From IMG/VR virus record IMGVR_UViG_3300030117_004164, positions 7,216-71,215 of that record: DNA of 64,000 nucleotides. One strand, given 5' to 3'. The notes under the pieces are model-generated. The model was not told the origin of the DNA and ran no database searches. It worked only from the letters and a program-made list of their open reading frames with translations. Shown here one piece after another: positions 1 through 8,628 of this stretch. This DNA comes from a virus. Within the stretch, counting starts at the first letter, position 1. The number at the start of each line of letters is the position of its first letter. Made by a program: the position numbers and the translations under genes.

Positions 1-492
1 ACGGGCTAACTTGGTTAAGGTTTCTAATTCTTTGAAATCTAAATTTTCCTTTTGAAATAACTCATCTAATTTCATATCTACCTTTTGAATATTTCTTGAT
101 AATAAATCAATCTCATCAATCTCTTTCTTAGCCAAAATTGCTGCTGCTGATTTTTGGACCAATGGTTGTAAATGAGATTGCATATGTAATCTAATCTGTT
201 CTGTTGTAGTTCCTAATGCTACTGCTAAATCGCTGGCTTTTAATGTCCCTTCTGCTAAACCCTGTTCATACATTTCTCTACCAGAATCGGTACATAGTTT
301 ACATCTAGGATTAGATTTTTCTTCATACTCACTAACATGATTTCTCATATGTCTACTTGTTGTACCTGAAGGCCATTCCATTTGTTCATCTAAATCATCA
401 GGGGTAATTGATAAAGAATTGATTGCATCCTCATGTTCTTTTCTATTTTCACATTGACACATTCGACAATGTTTACGGGTTTTCTTACTCAT
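1..492 (-). CDS. Zn-finger/HTH protein, possible terminase small subunit (partial, runs off the window)
   Basis: Translated by hand: MSKKTRKHCRMCQC...RHMRNH...CKLC...HMQSH followed by a coiled-coil stretch; ATG overlaps the TGA of 489..887. The TerS call is inference. Confidence 0.45.
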   Translation of the reverse strand, partial: MSKKTRKHCRMCQCENRKEHEDAINSLSITPDDLDEQMEWPSGTTSRHMRNHVSEYEEKSNPRCKLCTDSGREMYEQGLAEGTLKASDLAVALGTTTEQIRLHMQSHLQPLVQKSAAAILAKKEIDEIDLLSRNIQKVDMKLDELFQKENLDFKELETLTKLAR

Positions 493-887
493 TCTGCATC
501 ACCTAACGAATAAAGTCCACCTTCTTCAATTTGAACCCCATCTAACATTCTTAAAAAAGTAGTTAATTGTCGCTGAGTCGGAACGTTTTTTATTTTTAGT
601 TTTAGTAGTGACAACACTTCTGCGACACTAAGCGGTCTATCACTCTCACTTAAAATATCTATAACATATTTACCAAATCTTTTATTTTTTAGTTTAACTC
701 TATGCCCTTGCCTTTTTCTAAAGAAATCTTGCTCCTTTGGAACAATAGGAAATTCATCAATATTTTCTTCTTCTTTTTCTTCTTCTGACTTTTTACGCTT
801 TTTACCATAAGTAACATTAGTAATACCTGCTTTACCACTAGTAATGGTCCCGCCTTCTTTTAACATATTAAACCAATTTTCTTCCAT
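489..887 (-). CDS. Hypothetical protein with C-terminal winged-helix-like region and N-terminal W-x-x-MLK motif
   Basis: ORF track; ILSESDRPLSVAEVLSLL...PTQRQLTTFLR resembles a wHTH. Confidence 0.6.
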   Translation of the reverse strand: MEENWFNMLKEGGTITSGKAGITNVTYGKKRKKSEEEKEEENIDEFPIVPKEQDFFRKRQGHRVKLKNKRFGKYVIDILSESDRPLSVAEVLSLLKLKIKNVPTQRQLTTFLRMLDGVQIEEGGLYSLGDAE

Positions 888-2680
888 TAGTTACCACCTC
901 TCATAGTTCTTCTAGTTTCTTCATCAACTGTATCAGCAATAGTTCTTGTTTCTGGCTGTTGTGGAGTTTCTCCTACTTCTGCTGGACCAAAGACTTTTCT
1001 AAAGTAATCTTTTGCTTGAACATTATTTTCCCAATTAAGTTCTGGACTACCGTTTCCTAAATCCATAACTTCAAGTTTTGGGAAATCAGTAGCCTTACCC
1101 TTAATTCTTATAAAATTAATCTCTGGAATCTTTTTATTATACTTTATTAATACGTAACTTAATAATTTACCGGTCATAGTTTTAATAGGAACTACCTGCA
1201 TTGGTGCAATAGATGGGCCTTTTGGCGCAAATGGGTTCTTTTCCTTAAGATTGCGTTGAAATCTACCATCTATTCTAGCAATATAACTTCTTAAATACCA
1301 AGCGGCCAATAACATCTTGTCTTTATCAGTATTAATTCTAAACATTTCTGTTAAAGTATTATATTGCGCTCTAACTCCTGACCTAGTTTCATATGTAGTA
1401 TTATTTTGAACCCACTTAGGTAATAAATTTCTTTTTCTATCAGAAACATCAACAACGGTTGTTTGTACTCTAGGTTGCCTAACTTTTCTTTGATTTTTCA
1501 ATACATCAGCCCAATCTGACTTCATCACAGAATATTCAATTTTTCCTCCAGACTCTTCATAGAAATATCTTCCCCACCTTTGAAACTTTTGACTAGTATC
1601 GGCAATCACTTTTTTAATGTTTTCTACCATACGTCTACCAAGAACATCCAATCTATCAAGATTCCATGAAATGTTTTTAGCGCGTCTTGCTCTACTTTCA
1701 TCTCTACCAATTGACCCTCCTAACCCCGCAAATTCCTGCATAGCCTGAACATATTTTTTAAAAGTGTCTTGTAATAAAAACATCACTATTCCGGCATATA
1801 AATCCCCAAGAGGTTGTTCTCTCGAAGAAGAGTCAGCCCCTAAACACATTGTTTTGTAAAATTTACCATTTCTAAACTCTTGCATACAAAAGTCACCAGG
1901 TGTTTGTGATAAATTCATCTGAAATTTAAAAGAATGTTCAATACCTTTTAATATCCCAACTTCTTCTATTTCCCAATTAGGAGTAAAAGTAAAAGTTAAA
2001 CCTCTAGGACTTTTAGTTAATTTATATTTTCTAGTCCTGCTAGGAGCCAAATCATTAATAACTTCTATCAAAAAACTTTGTGCTCTTTGTCTAGGATTGG
2101 ATTGATTTTTCACATACTCACTATTTAAATAATTTGATAATTTGTCTTCAATTTTTGTAATTAACTCTGAGAATAAATAGTGTGCTTCCCGATACACTTT
2201 TTCTGCTTTTTCTTCAAACTCATCTTGAGTTATTTCTGGAGCATCCAATAATTCTTCAGGAAAAAGACGACCGGCTTTTGGAAATGCAGTAAACATTACT
2301 CTTGCTGCTTCTATTTCGTCTTTCTCATCAATTTTAGAAACAAAATCTTCCCAAGTAGGAGGTTGCATTTGTTGTCTATAATCATAAAACGCTTTCATAT
2401 TATTAAGACCAATAATATCATCTACCTCTAATTGTTCTTTAGGAGCATTTTCAACGCCGAAGTATTCCTGCTCGGGCATAACTTTCCTAGTTTTTAATCT
2501 ACCTTGAAGCCACCATTTCTCAATAGAATTCCTATGATTATTATCTAATAATTGTGTTAAATATGCTTCATATGCCCCAAGCAAAGGTAATGGGTGTTGA
2601 CCAACTAATTTACCATCTATTTTTTCAGCACCACGTTGAAATGGTTGCCTATAAGGAGATTTTAAAACATTAGTCCACAT
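887..2680 (-). CDS. Hypothetical 597-aa protein with N-terminal and internal W-x-x-VLK motifs
   Basis: Long ORF, translationally coupled to neighbours. Confidence 0.75.
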   Translation of the reverse strand: MWTNVLKSPYRQPFQRGAEKIDGKLVGQHPLPLLGAYEAYLTQLLDNNHRNSIEKWWLQGRLKTRKVMPEQEYFGVENAPKEQLEVDDIIGLNNMKAFYDYRQQMQPPTWEDFVSKIDEKDEIEAARVMFTAFPKAGRLFPEELLDAPEITQDEFEEKAEKVYREAHYLFSELITKIEDKLSNYLNSEYVKNQSNPRQRAQSFLIEVINDLAPSRTRKYKLTKSPRGLTFTFTPNWEIEEVGILKGIEHSFKFQMNLSQTPGDFCMQEFRNGKFYKTMCLGADSSSREQPLGDLYAGIVMFLLQDTFKKYVQAMQEFAGLGGSIGRDESRARRAKNISWNLDRLDVLGRRMVENIKKVIADTSQKFQRWGRYFYEESGGKIEYSVMKSDWADVLKNQRKVRQPRVQTTVVDVSDRKRNLLPKWVQNNTTYETRSGVRAQYNTLTEMFRINTDKDKMLLAAWYLRSYIARIDGRFQRNLKEKNPFAPKGPSIAPMQVVPIKTMTGKLLSYVLIKYNKKIPEINFIRIKGKATDFPKLEVMDLGNGSPELNWENNVQAKDYFRKVFGPAEVGETPQQPETRTIADTVDEETRRTMRGGN

Positions 2681-2922
2681 TATCGTTCACCTCTAAATTC
2701 AGTAATTCTAGGAATTGGAATTTGTTTACCTTCTAAAACTACTTGTTTAATATACTCCACTAATTCTTGGTTAGCATCTCGCTCAATTATACTTTCATTA
2801 ACACTAGGATTTTCTTCTTTCAAATGCTGAATAAATTGTTCTCTCATTTCTTTAATGTAATTATCAATATATTGTTTGGCTGATTGCGTTTTAAGCACCA
2901 TTTTCCAATTCAACATAATCAC
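2680..2922 (-). CDS. Small hypothetical protein (W-x-x-VLK motif)
   Basis: ORF track, coupled stop/start. Confidence 0.65.
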   Translation of the reverse strand: MIMLNWKMVLKTQSAKQYIDNYIKEMREQFIQHLKEENPSVNESIIERDANQELVEYIKQVVLEGKQIPIPRITEFRGER

Positions 2923-3179
2923 TTTCCTATATAATAAGCATATTTTATTCTTTCATATGTTTTTCCAGGACTTTGAATACCAACTTCTTTTTTCTGAACA
3001 CCAGGATAAATCTCACGTCTAATTAATATTTTTTTCATAGCCGCCTTCACCGTATTAAAATGTACACCCATGTAATTTGCTATTTCTCGTATTGTTTTAG
3101 GTTCAGAACTTAATGCATCATATACTTTCCTAATATCAGCCATTGTTAACCTTTCACCTTTAAGCACATTTTCCCACAT
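2919..3179 (-). CDS. HTH DNA-binding protein (probable start MWENVLK at 3179)
   Basis: KTIREIANYMGVHFNTVKAAMKK is a typical HTH. Confidence 0.7.
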   Translation of the reverse strand: MWENVLKGERLTMADIRKVYDALSSEPKTIREIANYMGVHFNTVKAAMKKILIRREIYPGVQKKEVGIQSPGKTYERIKYAYYIGK

Positions 3180-3215
3180 GAAAAAAATCTCCGAAAATTT
3201 TTGGGGCAAATTTTT

Positions 3216-3398
3216 TTACAACAATTTTATCGTTTCTTGAAGTCTTTCTTTAATAAATTCAAGTTTTTCTTCAGTAGAATGGTCTTTACCAACAACACCC
3301 TCACCATTAATATATCTAAGTAATGCATATATCATTCTTTTAGGCACATCTTCTTTTGGCGTTGGCCTTCCTTTTTGAATTGAATCTTTCCAATTCAT
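3216..3398 (-). CDS. Small hypothetical protein
   Basis: GGTGA Shine-Dalgarno upstream; starts MNWKDSIQK. Confidence 0.65.
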   Translation of the reverse strand: MNWKDSIQKGRPTPKEDVPKRMIYALLRYINGEGVVGKDHSTEEKLEFIKERLQETIKLL

Positions 3399-3428
3399 AA
3401 TATCACCAATTTTTTTGGGGGAAATTTT

Positions 3429-3608
3429 TTAAGCATTATCCGAAATGCTCTCAATAAATTCAATTTCAGGATTTTTTCTCATATATGCATAAATTTGAGC
3501 AGACTGATAAGGACCGTGACCTTCAATCCACGCTAATCCCTTTCTAGGAGAAAGCCAAACAATATGCATTTCTTTTTCTGCTTTGAGTAAATCTTTCCAA
3601 TTAGTCAT
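3429..3608 (-). CDS. Small hypothetical protein, 59 aa (MTNWKDLLKAEKEMH...)
   Basis: Hand-translated, below ORF-track cutoff; AGGTG SD upstream. Confidence 0.65.
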   Translation of the reverse strand: MTNWKDLLKAEKEMHIVWLSPRKGLAWIEGHGPYQSAQIYAYMRKNPEIEFIESISDNA

Positions 3609-4382
3609 TTTAAAACACCTTTTTCAAAATTTGGGCTGTAATTTGTGAGGCACTAGCAAAATTTTTTTTAATTAATTGATTCTATTTCCAGAATAAGAAA
3701 ACATTGATTTGTTTATTTATATTTAAAAGCACGTTTCTATATAAAATGCATCTATTATAGAGTGTTAAATTAATATATAGAATAACGTGTGTTAAACGCT
3801 CCCTTATTTGTATATGCTTCCATAAAGGCAAACTTAGATATAACAGTGTTTTAATTGGATTATTAATACAAATCAGTTTAAGTTAGCCTAAAGTTCTTTC
3901 AACTGCCTTGATGCGTCATGTAGGCATACACATATTAAGTTCGCGGTTTGCCGTGTAAAAATTCTTTCGCTCAAACAGCAATTTAACCAAATAAGCCTAT
4001 TAATTTTATTAAATTAAAAATTTGGTGCAAAGCATATGGTTGTGGTAATAATGAAATTATACCTTGACTGAAAGGAATCCCCAATTGAGGACATCGCGGT
4101 AAATGTCAGATTCTATTCGCATCTTCCTTTATTTACCGACTCTACCATATGATTGGAATTACGGTAGTGTTTAATTAAAATATCTCAATTAATTTAAGTT
4201 AGGGGCGAAAACTAAAGAAAACCTAATGCTATTCGCATAATTGGCACTAGTGCCATTTCTTTAATTTTCTTCCAAACATATGGTTGCGTAGCAATATATG
4301 TGAATAACATATTGTCCTTATGGGGATTAATGGCGACTAAGAAGAACCTGCGAACAGAACCATCCTTAGTCAGCCATACTAC

Positions 4383-4663
4383 CATATGGTAGTGAAGGCG
4401 TGAAATGATAGATTAAAGAAGGAGATTTATCTCCTCTTTATTCTACTTATTAACGTATTACGCGAATAGCGTAATAAAGTGAATGAGAATAGCCTTAAAC
4501 TACCCTTAATGGGAGTAGTTCACTCGTAAAGGTATCTATTCCCTGAAAGCGGATTAAAAGAAATTTCAACCACCAACACTAATGCGGCGGCTGAAAACGC
4601 CAGACGCTTTTAATCCTATGAAACCATTAACGGCTCCTATCATATGGTAATATAACACTTTGG
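4383..4663 (+). ncRNA. Structured non-coding element, copy A (paralog of 6896-7211)
   Basis: Same order of hairpins and motifs as copy B, with compensatory stem changes; strand chosen from the GAATA loop. Confidence 0.6.
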
Positions 4664-4688
4664 GATTATATTGCCCCGAAGGGCGTAA

Positions 4689-4805
4689 TTAAATGTTTTT
4701 TATGTGATAAGCAGGAATTTCTCCGTCTTTTACACATTTGAGACAATAATATGCTCTACCGCCCCACTTCATTTTTTCTCCACAACCAATTGTTTTACAT
4801 TTCAT
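4689..4805 (-). CDS. 38-aa Zn-finger microprotein (MKCKTIGCGEK...YYCLKC)
   Basis: Hand-translated; GGAGA SD, ATGA overlap with upstream gene. Confidence 0.5.
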   Translation of the reverse strand: MKCKTIGCGEKMKWGGRAYYCLKCVKDGEIPAYHIKNI

Positions 4806-4960
4806 TTTTCTTCATCTCCTTTTATTACCCAATCTGCATAATGGTACATTTCATTTGTTATTTCTTCTTTTGCTTCTTTTCGTCGCATCCGTCTATCTTC
4901 GTTTTTAATTTCTGCTCTTCCGACAAATCGCCCTTTTCCTGTTTTCTTTGTTGAACCCAT
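4802..4960 (-). CDS. 52-aa basic microprotein with Arg-rich patch (DRRMRRKEAK)
   Basis: Hand-translated; follows the stop of 4961..5179 directly; GGAGG SD. Confidence 0.55.
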   Translation of the reverse strand: MGSTKKTGKGRFVGRAEIKNEDRRMRRKEAKEEITNEMYHYADWVIKGDEEK

Positions 4961-5179
4961 TTATTCTTCCTCCATTATACATCTTCCACATCTACAAATA
5001 GGCCAATCTTCTTGACCTCTTCCAGCCAGTAGAATAGAATCCCAATACCTATCAATATTTTCAAAATTCTCTTTAGCCCGAACCATTAAATGTGCAACTA
5101 CTTGACGCATTGGTGATTCAGGGTCTTTAGCAATCCAAGGTTCTAGTTTAGCAAATCTTGTATTCCATTTTTCATTCAT
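4961..5179 (-). CDS. Hypothetical protein with C-terminal CxCxxC
   Basis: ORF track. Confidence 0.6.
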   Translation of the reverse strand: MNEKWNTRFAKLEPWIAKDPESPMRQVVAHLMVRAKENFENIDRYWDSILLAGRGQEDWPICRCGRCIMEEE

Positions 5180-5295
5180 TCCTCTTCCTCCAATTCTCCT
5201 GTTTCTGGATTTAGTTTCATTCCAGCAATAGCCATGAGAATAGCAAAAGCGTGTTCCTCATAAGTTAATCTATCAGTTGATTCCGTTGACGTCAT
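5176..5295 (-). CDS. 39-aa microprotein (MTSTESTDRL...LEEEE)
   Basis: Hand-translated; strong GGAGGT SD; ATGA overlap. Confidence 0.55.
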   Translation of the reverse strand: MTSTESTDRLTYEEHAFAILMAIAGMKLNPETGELEEEE

Positions 5296-5430
5296 TAAAA
5301 TTACCTCCTTTTTCAGAAAAAACTGCCCCACAATTAAAACAGCCAAAATGAACAGTGTATTTCATCCCCCAACGTGGATGATAATTCCACTCTCTATCTA
5401 TTTCAACAATAATCTTACCATTACAACAAC

Positions 5431-5643
5431 TCATGCTTTCACTTCCATTTTTCCGATTTCAATTCTTAGTTTCATTTCATCAAATTCCTCTAAAGCCTCT
5501 TGAGTCAATTCCATCAACTCTTCAATCGTATTAGACTTAATAGATAATTCCTTAACAATCAAAATACCATTTCTATCGTGACCGACTTTCAAGGAATATT
5601 TCTTCTCTTGTATTTCTTCTTTTTTCCAAAACATTTTCATCAA
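5431..5643 (-). CDS. Hypothetical protein
   Basis: ORF track. Confidence 0.55.
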   Translation of the reverse strand: MMKMFWKKEEIQEKKYSLKVGHDRNGILIVKELSIKSNTIEELMELTQEALEEFDEMKLRIEIGKMEVKA

Positions 5644-5746
5644 ATCCTGTTATTGACAATTAACAACTCGACCCACGTTATACCTTGGGGCATACAAAGT
5701 ACCACCATATGGTATGGTTTAAACTTTGGGGTAAACAAGGCCCCAA

Positions 5747-6157
5747 TCAAAATAATTGAGAGAAGCACTTTGCACCGATAATTTGTCCTTTATCGTTTCT
5801 AACAGTTTGACCAACCATTAGAAAATCTGTGCGATTGGTGAATGTTTCGCAAACTGCGCGTGAGACAATATACCACACATTATCACGAATAGGTGGCAAT
5901 TCCATACCGTCATCAGGAATTTTCATTTGAACGGATTTAATTGGAATAACAAACTCATCATCAACTGCGGTGCAACTGCTAACGGGTTCATAATAAATAT
6001 CAAAGTGAAATTCACCCAATGGTCCCCATTCTTCAGAAAGCCGAATAGTGTTACCTGATGGTTGAATGGATAGCAAAACTTCACCATTATCGTCTACCAT
6101 GTTAATTTCGTGGGGTGTCATGTTTACAAATGTTTGATTGTCTTCATAGATTGTCAT
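5747..6157 (-). CDS. Conserved viral hypothetical protein (NxTPH...YIVS...VRN-GQIIG type)
   Basis: Motif pattern I recall from phage/archaeal virus proteins; GGAGA SD. Confidence 0.7.
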   Translation of the reverse strand: MTIYEDNQTFVNMTPHEINMVDDNGEVLLSIQPSGNTIRLSEEWGPLGEFHFDIYYEPVSSCTAVDDEFVIPIKSVQMKIPDDGMELPPIRDNVWYIVSRAVCETFTNRTDFLMVGQTVRNDKGQIIGAKCFSQLF

Positions 6158-6254
6158 ATTATCATCTCCTGTAATATAACAGGTTTTATTTTATTTTACT
6201 TATGAGATTGCAAAGCACATCATATGGTTGTAATGAAACTTTGTGAAATTCAAC

Positions 6255-6705
6255 CACAAAAAAAAAGAAAAGGAAATCCGCAGGTTTGCCAATTAGTGCC
6301 TATTGCATGCTCCAATACTTCTAGTGATTATCGGCCGATTTCACTATTCTTTGTCTGATACAAGTTGCTATCAGTTTCTTGACCTAACTGCTTCATTCCC
6401 AAATGGAATAAGAGGTGTCGATGGGATTACGTCGGATAACGCCTTCGCCATAAGTTTTCATCGTATCTCCTAGAATTCTGTTTCTTGAATTATAGTCTTC
6501 GATTACTTCCAACCACCCCACTAGAGCGTTATTTTCTCTAATGTTCCACTGACCGCGCTACACGGTGATAACCGAAGTTATCTTGTTCTCAGCCATTTGG
6601 CCATCAAACGTTCCTGCTAAGGAATCTCGGAGGTGTGCATTATTCCTGATAAGGGAATTATTCTGCCACGACAATGCTGAAGCCGCTAAGCCCCAGACAA
6701 TAAAA
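6255..6705 (-). ncRNA. Candidate ~450-nt structured ncRNA
   Basis: No credible ORF, raised GC, multiple hairpins including GAUAAC(UUCG)GUUAUC at 6567-6582; oligo-T tract at the 3' end (6258-6270). Confidence 0.55.
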
Positions 6706-6895
6706 CAAAAATGACATTCTATTACTTTCGGGGTTGCAAAGCACACCATATGATTGGAGAAAGGTTTTTAGGTCTGCGTATAGCAGAAATACCGTTAAGA
6801 AAACCCTACAATCTCAAAAATAGGGCCAAGGCCTAACCCTTAAATGCCTAGTGTTTTATGAAATAAACAAGTAATTTCAAAAACACACCCATGAC

Positions 6896-7211
6896 CATAT
6901 GGTACGAGGAGTGCTTAAATAAATTTATGATAGTTTTAAGAGGAAGATGAAATCTTCCCTTAATACTGCCGCTAGGTTTGGTATTATGTGCGAATAGCAT
7001 ATAATAAAGAAAACCGGAATAAATTTATTTAATTTAAACGACGAGTTACCCGAAAAAAAATCCTTTAGGACTATTGAAACTAAAGTATTCGCTAAAAGAC
7101 GCGGAAAATAGAATTAATTACCACCTATTAATAATGCGGCGGCAATCAATTCCATATACATTTTCCGCTCGAAAACATTAATGTTCCCCTATCATATGGT
7201 AGCACTTTGGG
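6896..7211 (+). ncRNA. Structured non-coding element, copy B (paralog of 4383-4663)
   Basis: See copy A. Confidence 0.6.
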
Positions 7212-7295
7212 CTAAATAAAGAGTCCCCAAAATCAAATTTCTCAGAAAATTAATTCCAAGAAAAATGATTTTGAGGGTGAGGGCGACAAATAACC

Positions 7296-7865
7296 TCACT
7301 CTTCTTCTTCAACCTCCGTTGAAGTTTCTGCCACGGGCGCGTGAATTACAGGAATATGCCCGTTCATCTCTCCATCCCAATAAATCGTATCATTAGATGA
7401 TTTCTCACCAGATGCAATCTTTAGGGAATTGCGGTAATAGGTGGTCAAACGGGACTTCATGCTCTTCATCAAAGACTCCGCATATTCGTCAGAATCGGCG
7501 TAAGTGCCGCCACCTGATTTACCGTGCTTCCGAACGATTTCACCATAAAGAGGGTCCGTCGCAAAAAACGCAGAAGCCGCCTCTGCGTATTGAGCAGCAA
7601 TCTGGGTTATTGTTTGACTTACTTCTTCCGGCAGGTCTGATTCCCGACCGCGTGAAATTGGGGAGTTCGGAAGCATCGAGAAAAGATTCGTAATATTATT
7701 CCAGAACTTTTTTCTGTTTGCTACATCTTCACGACCTTGGTCAAGGTTCCAGCGGATAACCGCTTCCATATCACCAATGTCGTTGTTCTCCAAATAAAGA
7801 AGAACTCTGCTTTCATTCTTAGACCACTTTGGGTCATCCATACTATAATCAGCCATTTTTTTCAC
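7296..7865 (-). CDS. Hypothetical protein, paralog of 9341..9844
   Basis: Shared SPxxRGxxSxLP, KHxKSGGGxYA, WDG and APVxxxxxxEEE motifs. Confidence 0.8.
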   Translation of the reverse strand: MKKMADYSMDDPKWSKNESRVLLYLENNDIGDMEAVIRWNLDQGREDVANRKKFWNNITNLFSMLPNSPISRGRESDLPEEVSQTITQIAAQYAEAASAFFATDPLYGEIVRKHGKSGGGTYADSDEYAESLMKSMKSRLTTYYRNSLKIASGEKSSNDTIYWDGEMNGHIPVIHAPVAETSTEVEEEE

Positions 7866-8226
7866 TTCCTAAGTTTTTTTTCTCCTGTGAAGGTTCTTTG
7901 TCGCCCTCATAAAAACGATTTTTGTTTTTTTATACCTTGAGGTGACAAAGTACCACCATATGGTTTTAATTATTATGGCGGTGAAACGTAACAAAGGTGA
8001 AGCCTTTGTCGCCATTGTAAGAAAAACCTTAAGGACAATTTATCGAGTTCAATTCCCAATATGCTATTCGCATATCTTCATTTCCACCCGTAAATATTGC
8101 TTACGCAACCATATGGTAATATTATGAACTTTGGGGATAATAACCCCAAATGTCCCCAAGAGCGGCAACGAATCGCCACTCAAGGGGAGGTTGGTAATCA
8201 ATGGGGGTTTCAGGCTCATTTCTGGC

Positions 8227-8628
8227 CTATTCGTGCTTTCCACGCTTGCGACGAATGATTTCATCAATCGTCTGCTTGGCGAAATCAGCCGCATCGACAA
8301 ATGGTGCAAAAATGCCGTTCTTGCCCTTCTGGAACAAATGACGTTCATAATCAAGATAGAACGCCATCAGGTCGTTAGTCATACCTTCTTGGTCATCTGC
8401 CATATCTGCCAATACTGGGTCAATACCCTTCAATTCATCGTAGAGTGCCTCATGGCCACCCTTCTTCAAAATTTCACGAATTGCGCCCCAAACGAATTTC
8501 TCCATCATAGGGGTTACATCCATGTTGACCAATTCGGTCAATTCGGCTTTTTCACTGTCTGTCATATCGCAATCATCACTTTCAAGAACTTCCTTCAAGC
8601 GATTAATGCGCTGTTGGTTTTTGCTCAT
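8227..8628 (-). CDS. Hypothetical acidic helical protein
   Basis: GGAGGT SD; protein-like composition, unlike the overlapping shadow ORFs. Confidence 0.7.
   Translation of the reverse strand: MSKNQQRINRLKEVLESDDCDMTDSEKAELTELVNMDVTPMMEKFVWGAIREILKKGGHEALYDELKGIDPVLADMADDQEGMTNDLMAFYLDYERHLFQKGKNGIFAPFVDAADFAKQTIDEIIRRKRGKHE

Noticed and set aside
6558-6749. 63-aa ORF inside the ncRNA candidate
   Set aside because: Starts within the CATATG palindrome, has no SD and crosses hairpins; more likely incidental
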